Part shown: one piece after another, positions 13,782 through 25,535 of the stretch
Numbering within the stretch: position 1 is the stretch's first letter
Layout of the letters: each line of letters opens with the position of its first letter
Assembly (NCBI GenBank): GCA_903813345.2
Contig: CAIIXF020000001.1
Location: forward strand, 33,480,001-33,544,000
Direction: 5' to 3'
DNA from: Owenia fusiformis
Lineage: Eukaryota
Length of the DNA stretch: 64,000 nt
Translations under genes and position numbers: made by a program
The notes under the pieces: model-generated
The model's database searches: none
Told to the model about the DNA's origin: nothing
What the model saw: the letters and a program-made list of their open reading frames with translations, nothing else

Positions 13782-14187
13782 TTAATGAATCATTTAGCAG
13801 AGCTCATACTAACGGCGTCCCTATAATGTAAGGGACGTCAAAAAAATTGGGGGGACTCAAATTTAAACTAAATTTCCATTTTTGGGACATAAAACGTCTG
13901 AGTAGAAAAAATAAAAAAGCCTGAAAACGAATTATTTTGGTGGGCGATAATAGGTTTGCACTTTTGAATGCGACATATTTTCTCACTGTAAAATTGATTT
14001 CTACCTACAAAATGAGTTCAATTGTTCAAAAATATATACTTACCAAGTAGAAGCTGTCTAATTATGATTATTATCCCATCGAACGAAGTATGGAGGGTTA
14101 TAGGAATGATGGAACACTTCCATCCATTCATCCATCCGTCTGTCCATACGTACGTCCTTCCGTACATCTGTCTGTCTGGGCAATAAC

Positions 14188-14366
14188 CAGGCCTGTCAAC
14201 TTGGGAACACCTAACATGAGTAACTTGGAAATGTTGAACACCTTCCCTCAAAATGTGGACACCTTGGTCCAAATTTGAACACCTTGATCCAAATTTTGAA
14301 CACCTTGGTTTAAATTTTATTACATCTTGCCAAATTTTGAACACCTCAAATTTTTCGCGCTCGCTG
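14188..14366 (-). mobile_element. MITE family A, 3' part, inserted after a HINE family 3 5' end (about 14070)
   Basis: caggcctgtcaacttgggaacacc is the reverse complement of the family A right end; upstream ttatccca.cgaacgaagt plus microsatellite. Confidence 0.8.
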
Positions 14367-14974
14367 GCGGCCATTTTAGTGCAGATTTTACAGTAATTAA
14401 GGTACAATATATAAAACTGTAATAGCAATATGTTTTAAATGTAAAAAAAATTATATAGAACATTAATAAAGGTAGCATATTAAAGAAGCATGTGGTAGCT
14501 ATCTTGAAAAATGGTTGCCATTTTTACATTTTTACCATAACTTAAAAAGTAATAAACTGATTTTGTTCATATTTGATATTTGAATACTCATAAGCACAGC
14601 ACACTGTATTATGACATTTTGGCTAGTAGGCCGCCATTTTGAAAAATGGCCGTCATTTACATGTATAACTCAAAAAGTAGTGGAGGGATTTTGTTCGTAT
14701 TTGGTATGTGAATACTATAAGCATGGCACACTGTTTAATGACACTTTTGGTAGAAGGTGGCCATTTTTACGTTTTTTACTATAACTTTCAAAGTAATAGA
14801 GCGATTTTGTTATATCACCACCAAAAATTGGTGCAATATTGTTATGGCCTCCATTTTTTTTTTGACGGCGGTTGGCGATCGGCTTTTGCCAATTGGTGGT
14901 TGGCGATCGGCGTCTGTAACAAATTCTTACAACTTCCAATAACTTAAAGTGGGTATAAAGACTGCTGAGTCATG

Positions 14975-15234
14975 CAGGCCTGTTTCTGTAGAAAAATTTC
15001 CAAAAAATATCGTCTACACAGCAAAAATAAGAACGCCGTAAAAAAATGTACGCATTTAGTTCGGTCTTTTCACGCGAATTAGGTATATGTCACGCATTCC
15101 GTTCGAAATTTTTTGTACGTACGCAAAATTTGGATCAAGGTGTTCAGATTTGGACCAAGGTGTCCACATTTTGAGGGGAGGTGTTCAACATTTCCAAGTC
15201 ACTCATGTTAGGTGTTCCCAAGTTGACAGGCCTG
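14975..15234 (+). mobile_element. MITE family A, internally deleted
   Basis: Both CAGGCCTG termini are present; degenerate flanks gtcatg/ctcata. Confidence 0.85.
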
Positions 15235-16468
15235 CTCATATCCAGTGATCCTGGGCTTATCGTAAAATGAAAGCTTTGAATATGTTACTGCCTTTAAAAA
15301 TGTATCTATTTTCCATGTATGCAACTAGAATTTGTGCAAATACCTTATATCGATCAATAATGGCAAAAGAAAATCCTCGAATTCTTCATCTGCTTCTCCT
15401 TTGTCTACGCCATTTTTTTATTAAACCGGAAGTTTGTTCTCTAACATCCGCGCAATGTTTTTTCACTTTTATTATGTCCCCACCACATAGTGTGGGGCCA
15501 TATTGTCGGCCTAGGCACGTCCGACTGTCTGTCCGTCTTAAGAAAAGTTTGCGCCCGATAATACTTTGTATCATATTGAATGGTGTTTTTGAGTTTTCAT
15601 ACTTTATACTATTTAGTAGCTTTATAAATAATTTCAGATGTACTTTGTTGTAAAAGCCTACTTTATTGTTAACAGTAGTTATATGTGATAAATTTGTAAA
15701 AAGAAATCAGCAAAAACTCATAAGGACTTTTTTATTGTCGGCCATTTTGGATTTTTCGGCCTTAAAATCTTGTCTGTGAAGTCTTGTCTAGGCGTTTTCA
15801 GGTGAACCGTATGGTGGATCAATTTCAAATTTTCAGGGATGATTCTTAGTATGAAAATCTAGAACTGATTATTAGTTTTTTGGCATTCTGGGTAAATGTC
15901 AAGGCAGCCATTTTGGATTTTCCGTCCTAAAATCTTGTCTGTAAAGTCTTGTCTACTCGTTTTCAGGTGAACTGTTTGGTAGATCAATTTAAAATTTCCA
16001 GGGATGGTTCTTAGTATGAAAATCTAGAACTGATTAGTTTTTGGCATTCTGGGTAAATGTCAAGGCAGCCATTTTGGATTTTCCGTCCTAAAATCTTGTC
16101 TGTAAAGTCTTGTCTACGCATTTCCAGGTGAACCGTTCTGTAGATCAATTTCAAATTTTCAGGGATGATTCTTAGAATGAAAATCTAGATCTGATTAGTT
16201 TTTTGGCATTCTGGATAAATGTCAAGGCAGCCATTTTGGATTTTCCGTCTTAAAATCTTGCCTGTAAAGTCTTGTCTACACGTTTTTAGGTGAACCGTTT
16301 GATAGATCAATTTCAAATTTTCAAGGATGATTCTTAGTATGAAAATGTACATCTAATTAGTTTTTTTGCATTCTGCGTAAATGTTAAGGCAGCCATTTTG
16401 GATTTTCTGTCCTAAAATCTTGTCTGTAAAGTCTTGTCTACCCGTTTTCAGGTGAACCATTTGGAACA

Positions 16469-18002
16469 GGAATGTACTAAAAACCCTTCGACCTACGACC
16501 CTTCGACCCTACGACTTCCTGGATGTCAAGAATTTTTGGAATATATTTTATTGAAAAACCTTTCGACCTCTGATTTCCCAGTCCAGTTTACTAAATGATT
16601 ACGTATAGTTCCAACTTGAGCTCCCTGGGCACGCAAATACGCATTTTACCTGGTAATTGTCAAGCAAAAATGTTTCAGTAGAAAAATTTCTAAAAAAGTT
16701 TGTCTACACAGCAAAAATACGAACACGGAAAAAAAAACGTACGCATTTCGTTTGGACTTTTCACGCGAATTACGTATATGTCACGCATTGCGTTCGAAAT
16801 TTTTCGTCTTATATTACTTTTTTACTAAAACTTGAAAAGTAGTTGAAAGATTTTGAGATCAAAACTTCGATGGGATTTGCTCCACCTCGCGTTGCTGTTA
16901 TCTAGTTCTGAAATGTTTCATATCCATGTCTAATAAATATAGTTGTATAGATGTGTTTGTAATAACCTTTATGCCCTTAAAATGTATATATTCAGGGGGG
17001 GACATTCGTGGGTTCAAGTGGACCACTCCATTGGCCAAATATTCTCTCAAAATCAGTACAATTTTTCACGATTCTGAGCATTTTCAAGATTTCTGGGCCA
17101 CTTGAAAATTGTCAAATGTTCACCCCTTGATCCTTTTGAAAAACTTAAATTGGCAAAAGCTGGTTATACGAACCTGATATGACCTAGCTTGCAAGCTTTT
17201 TCTTGACGGTTTGTGTTTATTTTCCTTGTACCCTTGCATGCTTTGGATTTTGTAGGATGCAAAACAAAGAATCTACTTATTTAGTTGGCATTAGATTCTT
17301 AACTATACAAATCCAAATTGAATCAAAGTTGATAAAATCAAAAGACGGTTCTCTTTAAACTATATAAAAAATTTCACCTCCTGAAAATATGCACGATGCG
17401 CCACTGTTACAATGTGATGGGAAAAGCACAAATATTTTTACTGAGGAGGTAAGAAACGTTCACATTCGAATGTGCTTGAATACATTAAACCTGCACATCG
17501 CTCCAGAACGCAATATGTTGACATATATTTTTTTTACATTTTCAAGCTCTAATATAAAGTTTATGTAAATAAAAATAAAATTATCTGCGTAATGTCAAAG
17601 AACAATCATTTAGTTAAAAAAAATAAAAAGGCAAATTCGGGATTCGAACCCGGGCCTCCCATGTACTAAGCAAGCATTCTTCCGCTACACCACCTTGATT
17701 TTATGAATGGTGGAAGTACGCTACTTATTTTGAATGCTATGATTCGGAAGTGACGTCACGTTCTTCATTTAGAAACCTTTCCAAAATCATATCGCCGGCT
17801 CCGATCGAAGTCCAGCTTTAAATATCTTTAACTCTCTTGGGACAGATTCTTAAGTTCTATACACAAAGTAATATTTCCAGCAACTTCATATGGACTGAGA
17901 AATATCTAGAAGGTCGAAGGGTTTTTATAAAAATATATTTCAAAAATTCTTGACACGCTGTAAGTCGTAGGTTGCAGGGTCGAAGGGTTTTTAGTACATT
18001 CC
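16469..18002. mobile_element. MULE-like non-autonomous element
   Basis: TIR GGAATGTACTAAAAACCCTTCGACC / GGTCGAAGGGTTTTTAGTACATTCC extending about 100 bp; 9-bp TSD TTTGGAACA (16460-16468, 18003-18011). Related end at 6440-6565. Confidence 0.85.
17630..17697 (-). pseudogene. tRNA-derived sequence (pseudo-tRNA or SINE head)
   Basis: Minus strand ggtggtgtagcggaagaatgc...ggaggcccgggttcgaatcccg: A box, B box, intact T-arm, followed by a T run; acceptor and anticodon stems pair poorly. Confidence 0.65.
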
Positions 18003-18470
18003 TTTGGAACATCAATTTCATATTTTCAGGGATGATTCTTAGAATGAAAATCTAGATCTGATTAGTTTTTTGGCATTCTGGATAAATGTCAAGGCAGCCA
18101 TTTTGGATTTTCTGTCTTAAAATCTTGCCTGTAAAGTATTGTCTACGCGTTTTTAGGTGAACCATTTGATAGATCAATTTCAAATTTTCAGGGATGATTC
18201 TTTGTATGAAAATCTACAAACAGATTAGTTTTTTGACATTCTGGGTAAATGTCAAGGCAGCCATTTTGGATTTTCCATCTTGATATCTTGTCTGTAAAGT
18301 CTTGTTTACATGTTTTCTGGTTAACTGTGTGACGGATCAATTTCAAATTTTCAGGGGTGGTTCTTAGTATGAAAATCTAGAACTGACTAAATTTTTGGCA
18401 TTCTGGGTAAATTTTAAGGTGGCCATTTTGTCTACTCATTTTCAGGATAACCATTTGACGGGATCATGCA

Positions 18471-19071
18471 CAGGCCTGTCAACTTGGGAACACCTAACAT
18501 GAGTGACTTGGAAATGTTGAACACCTCCCCTCAAAATGTGGACACCTTGGTCCAAATCTGGACACCTTGATCCAAATTTTGAACACCTTGGTTTAAATTT
18601 TATTACATCTTGCCAAATTTTGTACACCTCAAATTTTTCGCGCTCGCTACGCTCGCGTTTCAAACATCCGTCAACGGGGGGAGGGGGGGTGGGGGGGGGG
18701 GGGGAGGTACAAAATATTTCGAACAGAATGCGTGACATATACGTAATTCGCGTGAAAAGTCCAAACAAAATGCGTACATTTTTTTCCGACGTTCGTATTT
18801 TTGCTGTGTAGACGATCTTTATTTAGAAATTTTTCTACAGAAATATTTTTGCTTGACAATTACCAGGTAAAATGCGCAGGGAAAGTTCCTAGCTATAGCT
18901 TCCAACCCCAATTGTCCAAGGAATCCTATTGGTTCACATAAAAACTGTTATGATACTTGCAGACAAGAACCATAACATAGCTTTCTGTCACGCCAAAAAA
19001 ACTGGCGTGACTTCAAATTCTTCAGCAAATGCATGACAAATACGCAAATTGCGGGACAGTTGACAGGCCTG
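18471..19071 (-). mobile_element. MITE family A with about 105-bp foreign insert
   Basis: Both termini present; non-family sequence at about 18878-18982; flanks are not duplicated. Confidence 0.85.
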
Positions 19072-19525
19072 ATTATCCCTTCTATCAAACCTCAAAAATC
19101 TACTCAAGACATAATCATAATAAAAGAACATGAACTAACCTACCTTAGAGAAGATAAATCTGAAGTAAAAATGACAGATAATCAACAGAATTTGAGAAAT
19201 ACTGAGTTATTTTTCCTTGCCGAAAAACCGGAAGTGAAGAGTATGGCTTGCCAATTCAGCAGGATTTAGTTCAGAATCAGACTGAGTTCATGAATATAAC
19301 AATTCTAGTATTTGCAGTGATTCAATTAAAGAATTGTGAATATGTATTGCATATTTATTATAATATTGTGCACAAATGTAACATACATCAATTAATGTAA
19401 ATGGATAAATTCCTGGTAAAAAGGACAATGCCAGCAAAGGAAGTGTCAGTCCAGAGAGTCAGTAGGAAGTTGAAGGCCTAAACCATTGGGGTCATCTGTA
19501 GGCCCTGGAGTTTTCGCACAAGTTA

Positions 19526-19806
19526 CAGGGGCGTAGCCAGCTTTCAGTCAGGGGGGGTGCGATCGCCGAAAATTTTTCAGTTTTCGGTCAGGGGGGGGGT
19601 GCGATTTTGCCATAAGCAACACAAAAAATTAAGATTTCTTTTGAATTTTACAAAATTGATGCAACTTCCTTCAAAATTGAGCTAGAAGCTTCAAATAAAA
19701 AGCATTTTAAAGCTCTTTTCTACCTCTATCCAATGGTCATATTTTCAAAGGTTATGGGGGGGGGGTGCGATCGCACCCATCGCACCCCCCCCTGGCTACG
19801 CCCATG
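19526..19806. mobile_element. MITE family C (CAGGGGCGTAGCCAG termini), 5-bp TSD
   Basis: TIR caggggcgtagccag / ctggctacgcccatg; TSD AGTTA. Related ends at 16-60 and 53865-53904. Confidence 0.85.
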
Positions 19807-19926
19807 AGTTATATACTTTAAATTACAAGTAACTTTTTGAAAATACTAGTAAAAACTCATACTAGTAATTTTTCAAAAAAACTTGCCATTCATACTAGTA
19901 TTGTTTTTCTGAGGATCTGAAACTCT

Positions 19927-20625
19927 GAACCCTTTCCTTTCAATTATTAACCATGGTTAAGCTGCTCGTCAAAATATGTTAACAGTGTCATCATATTTTG
20001 AACATACTCGTTTTAGTCGATATTGCATGCATATCCCAAAGAAAAAACTAAAAATGTCCCAAACCCCCCCCCCCCAAGTTGATTAAACATGGTTTATTTT
20101 GAATTTTGAGTCAACTACATGTATACTGTATTTTATATAATAAATTTTCAAAAATATTTTTTATCAATTTGAAATTTTTTTGGCAAAAAACACATTTTTT
20201 TACCCAAAAACGTACTTTGACACCTATTTCATCTTGGCAAATCTCAGTATCAATAAAGGAACCCTTTTCCTTTCAATTATTAACCATGGTTAAGCTGCTC
20301 GTCAAAATATGTTAATGGTGTCATATATTTTGAACACACTCGTTTTAGTCGATATTGCGTGCAAATCCCAAAGAAAAAACTAAATAATGTCCCAAAATCC
20401 CCCCAAGTTGATTAAACATGGTATATTTCGAATTTTGAGAGTCAACTAGACTATATTTTATATAATAAATTTTCAAAATTTTTTTTTATTGATTTGAAAT
20501 TTTTTTTTGCAAAAAACACACTTCAACACCTGTTTCATCTTGGCAAATCTCAGTATCAATAAAGGAACCCTTTACCTTTCATTTAATAACCATGGTTAAG
20601 GTGCTCGTCAAAATGTAAGATGTCA
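19927..20625. repeat. Tandem repeat, unit about 310-330 bp, about 2.2 copies
   Basis: gaaccc...ttaaccatggttaag.tgctcgtcaaaat at about 19927, 20259 and 20565. Confidence 0.85.
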
Positions 20626-21520
20626 TTTTATTTTCAACATACCAATTTTAGACTATATACACAATTGTGCTGTGGTAGGATAGAATTCTTAAGCTGATAA
20701 TTAATAATCATAAATGTATATTGAACTGGGCAATATACATTATGCTTGATGCATGTCATATTGATGACAATTGCTGTACTAATGTATTTCCTGATAATTG
20801 TTAGGACATGGTACTATAGGATCTAATCAGATGAGGAACCAATATACACATATAAAGGAATGACGCACATAGCATCACATGTCATATCTCAATCTTGCTG
20901 AGTTTAGAGAGCATTGTATTCACAGCGGTTATGTATTACTACTTCCATACAGTATTTCTTTTTGTTATCTTCAAACTATTTCAGTCACAAGTTTGGGTTG
21001 GATAAAATAGTTTGAAAACATAATTCTAGGATAGACAAGTACTTCACCAAATATTCTACTGGCAAGGCTTTAGGATTAAACAATATTGGAAGTAATCTAA
21101 TCAATATCTTGGCTGAGGGTTATGCAGTATAAGGATCATGTCTGAATGGATTGAATTCCTTTCTATCTTGTCAAGAAGCTTCTGCAAGTAATAAGCAATA
21201 ATAAAAGTTGTTTGTTCACAGTGAGTACAACTGGAGTGCTGTCATCTTGATCCTATACATGTTGAGGACAGGAAAATTTTAATTGTTTGGAACTACTTTG
21301 AATTTAAAAATAAGCAATTAAATTATTGACTATATTGAAACAGAATATGTAAAAATAGAAACATTTATACATCCTAACTTTTGTATATTTTGGTTTGTTT
21401 TGTAGTTAAGGTTCAGCTGTAAAATGTAACATTAATTTTTGGAAAAAATTGCTATACCTGCACATGTTATTTTCTGGTACAAAATAAAGTATGAAGGCAT
21501 GTGTTAATTTCCTTGCTTTT

Positions 21521-21558
21521 TAGCTCACATGGTGAGCTTTTGCAATCGCTCACTTGTC

Positions 21559-21590
<32 letters not shown>

Positions 21591-23486
21591 CGTCTGTCTG
21601 TCCGTCCGTCCGTAAACAATAGTGGCACGTTTTAAAACCTCTGTCGATAGGATTCCTGTTTTAAGTTATTTCTGTTCAACATCAATACAGAAAACTCCCC
21701 TATGACTCCTGGTTCAAAAGCTCGCCTATTTTCAAAATGGCCTCCATTTTTGTCTCGCGAAATTCACTTTTGACTGACACGTTTTAAAACCTCTGTCGAT
21801 AGGATTCCTGTTTTAAGTTATTTCTGTTCAACATCAATACAGAAAACTCCCCTATGACTCCTGGTTCAAAAGCTCGCCTATTTTCAAAATGGCCGCCATT
21901 TTTGTCTCGCGAAATTCACTTTTGACCCATTTCCTAGCTTTACAAATAATTTCAGGTGTCCTACATTGTAAAAATCTGTGTCAATGTAAAGAGTAGATAT
22001 ATGAAATAATTTTGTTACAAAAAATCAGCGAAAAATTATATCTATTTTTTTATTTTCAGCCATTTTAGTTAACATTGATTTGTCCATCTGACTTGTGAAA
22101 TCCACTTTTCCGTCAACAACAGTGGCACCTTTCAAAACCTCTGTCGATAGGATTCCTGTTTTAAGTTATTTCTGTTCAACATCAATACAGAAAACTCTCC
22201 TATGACTCCTGGCTCAAAAGCTCGCCTATTTTCAAAATGGCCGCCATTTTTGTCTCGCGAAATTCACTTTTGACCTATTTCCTAGCTTTACAAATAATTT
22301 CAAGTGTCCTACATTTAAAAATCCATGTCAATGTAAAGAGTAGATGTATGAAATAATTTTGTTACGAAAAATCAGCAAAAAATTATATCCATTTTTTTTA
22401 TTTTCAGCCATTTTGGTTAACATCCGTCTGTCTGTCTGTCTGTCCATCAACAATAGTGGCACGTTTTAAAACCTCTGTCGATAGGATTCCTGTTTTAAGT
22501 TATTTCTGTTCAACATCAATACAGAAAACTCGCCTATGACTCCTGGCTCAAAAGCTCTCCTATTTTCAAAATGGCCGCCATTTTTGTCTCGCGAAATTCA
22601 CTTTTGACCTATTTCCTAGCTTTACAAATAATTTCAAGTGTCCTACATTGTAAAAATCCATGTCAATGTAAAGAGTAGATGTATGAAATAATTTTGTTAC
22701 GAAAAATCAGCAAAAAATTATATCCATTTTTTTTTTATTTTCAGCCATTTTAGTTAACATTGATTTGTCCATCTGTCTCGCAAAATCCACTTTTGGACCA
22801 TTTGCCTTAAACCCTCTGTCGATAGGATTCCTGTTTTAAGTTAATTTTGTTCAACATCAATACAAAAAACTCTCCTATGACTCTTGGTTCAAAAGCTCGC
22901 CTATTTTCAAAATGGTCACCATTCTTGTCTCGCGAAATTCACTTTTGGCCCATTTCCTAGCTTTACAAATAATTTCAGCTGTCCTGCATTGTAAAAAGCC
23001 ATGTCACTGTAAAGAGTAGTTGTATGAAATAATTTTGTTACAAAAAGTCAGCAAAATATTATATCAGTTTTTTTATTTTCAGCCATTTTAGTTAACATTG
23101 ATTCGTCCATCTGTCTCTCAGTCAGTCCAAAAAAGTGGCAAGTTTTAAACCTCTGTCAACACTTTTTAAATCCTCTTTAGATAGGATTCCCGATTTAAAA
23201 TAATTTTGTTCAACATCAATAAAGAAAAAAAAAACTGTGACTCATGCTTCAAAATCTCGCCTAATTTCAAAATGGCCACCATTTTTGTCTCGGGAAATTC
23301 ACTTTTGGCCCATTTCCTAGCTTTACAAATAAGTTCAGGTGTCCTGCATTGTAAAAAGCCATGTCTTTGTAAAGAGTAGTTGTATGAAATAATTTTGTCA
23401 CAAAAAATCTGCAAAAAATTATACCCGTCTTTTTTATTTTCACTTTTTAAGCAACACCATGTGAGCCCAGTACCCACGGTACTAAT
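21521..23486 (+). mobile_element. HINE family 1, complete
   Basis: subTIR GCTCACATGGT (21523) / ACCATGTGAGC (23456), 5' inverted repeat, (GTCY)n, array of about 340 bp, 3' hairpin, inserted in a T run. Confidence 0.9.
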
Positions 23487-23930
23487 TTTTTCAGGAAAGT
23501 ATCATTACATTGTCTTCTTTCAGTAAATCTGGTAAGACTTCAATGGGAACTCCAGGAAATTCTAATATTTCACGCTTTTTATTTTTCAAAATTTTCTTTT
23601 GAAGTTTCCAGACAACACAGGCCATTGACCTGTTTCCAGGTTTACTAAAAGTAGACAATGTAATGATACTTTCCTGAAAAAAAGGAAGGAAAGACACTCA
23701 TGCCTTCATACTTAATTTTGTACCAGAAAATAACATGTGCAGGTATAGCAATTTTTCCCCAAATTGTTATTTTCCAGCTGTACCTTATAAGCTATCATAT
23801 CTGTGGCCTCATATATTTTGATGCTTCTCTGCCATGTTATTTTCGAAAAAATTAACATATATACAAATACACAAATATACAAAAGTTAGGACATGTACAT
23901 ATGTTTCCATTTTTTCATATACTGTTGCAA

Positions 23931-25535
23931 GAAAACATGGGAAATACTCAATGAAATTCTACAAAGAAAAAAGAAAAACTATAAACCACTACCAGACACA
24001 TTCTACTCAGATGATGATCAAACGTTTAAGGGAAAACATAAATAGCTAATGGCTTTGTGGGGCGTAAATCAGCTGAAAAGATAAGAAATTCTAATACATC
24101 ACCTAATGAATTCCTAAAAAGAATGACAAAGGTTAATGACTCAATTTTCCTACATCCAGTAGACCACAATGGAATAACCAAAGTATTCAGTCAGCTGACT
24201 GACTCAGCAGCTGGTCCAGATAATTTCAAGCCTATTGTTATGAAAGCGTGTAGTAATGCATTAAGTATGCCTGTACTGTATATCATTAATCTATCTTTTA
24301 ATCAAGGAGTATTTCCAGACAGTCTTAAATTTGCCAAGGTAATCCCAATTCATAAGAAAGACAGAACTGATTTATTTAACCACTATAGACCAATCTCACT
24401 TCTTTCCTTTTTTCAAAGGTAATTGAGAAATGTATGTACACCAGAATCTTGACTTCCTCGAGAGACAAAATGTCCTATATGCCCATCAATATGGCTTTAT
24501 GAAGAACCACTCTACATATATGGCAGTCCTAAAATTCATTGAAACTGTGCGTAAGGCATTAGAAAAGCAAGAATTCTGCATTGGTTTAATGTGTGATCTC
24601 TCAAAAGCCTTTGATACTCTTAATCACAACATTTTATTGAGGAAACTGAAATATTATGGCATCAGAGGTCTCGCAGCTGACTGGTTTGAAAGTTATCTAA
24701 GTAACCGCACTCAATTTGTTCAAATAGAAGGTGATACTGATTCTGATGTTCTTCATTTGTCCTGTGGTGTGCCACAAGGCACAATTTTAGGACCCCTGCT
24801 GTTTATAACATATACTAATAATGATATTTACAAGTGCTCAGATATTGCAAAAATGTTTCTTTATGCTGATGATACCAATATTATATTTTCTGGCAAAAAT
24901 CTGGAAGAACTAAATAACACCGTCAATACAGAACTCGTCAAAATCATTGAATGGTTCATTTGGAATAAACTTGCCCTAAATGCATCAAAAACTAACTATA
25001 TTGTATTCAAAACATCAAACAAAATAATAGATTACAACAAAATAAACTTAAATATGAATCGCACTATATTAGAGAGAATCAATGTAAGTAATTTTCTTGG
25101 CACTCTAGTCGACGAAAATTTATCTTGGAAGCCGCATATAAAATATGATGAGACTGAGATATCCAAAATACTAGGCGTTCTTCACAGAATAAAGGATAAC
25201 TTAGATCAAAAAAGCCTTAAAACAATATATTACTCATTAATTTACTCACACTTAAACTATAACATCCTAATTTGGGGAAGTGTTCCACATACAAATTTAT
25301 TGAAATTACACAGATTGCAAAAACAATTTGTAAGATTGTATGATTTAGATTGCCAGATGCGTGACCATACACATCCTTTTTTCAAAAAAGCTGGCATATT
25401 AAGCATATTTCAAATTGTCCATTTCAATATTGCTACATATGTATTCAAATGCATTAAAGATGTAAACAAAACATATTCCCAGCAATTCAGATCCTACTTC
25501 AATCTTACATTCTCATCAAACCAGACAAATATACA
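23931..25535 (+). pseudogene. LINE A (CR1/L2/Crack-like) ORF2, 5'-truncated and frameshifted reverse transcriptase, 5' part
   Basis: KTWEILNEI at the start; ORFs 24057-24422 (YRPISLL) and 24430-25539 (DLSKAFD, GVPQGTILGPLLF, YADD). Confidence 0.92.

Larger units (their letters stand above)
15473..18460 (+). mobile_element. HINE family 2 with about 162-bp tandem array, interrupted and lacking its 3' end
   Basis: 5' TATGTCCCCACCACATAGTGTGGGG as at 59256; unit aaatcttgtctgtaaagtcttgtc at about 15765, 15930, 16090, 16254, 16416, resuming after 18003. Confidence 0.85.

Noticed and set aside
17630..17697. Functional tRNA gene
   Set aside because: Acceptor and anticodon stems do not pair properly; kept only as tRNA-derived.
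19401..19481. MDKFLVKR... resembling a transposase N-terminus
   Set aside because: Stops after about 26 codons with no downstream domain.
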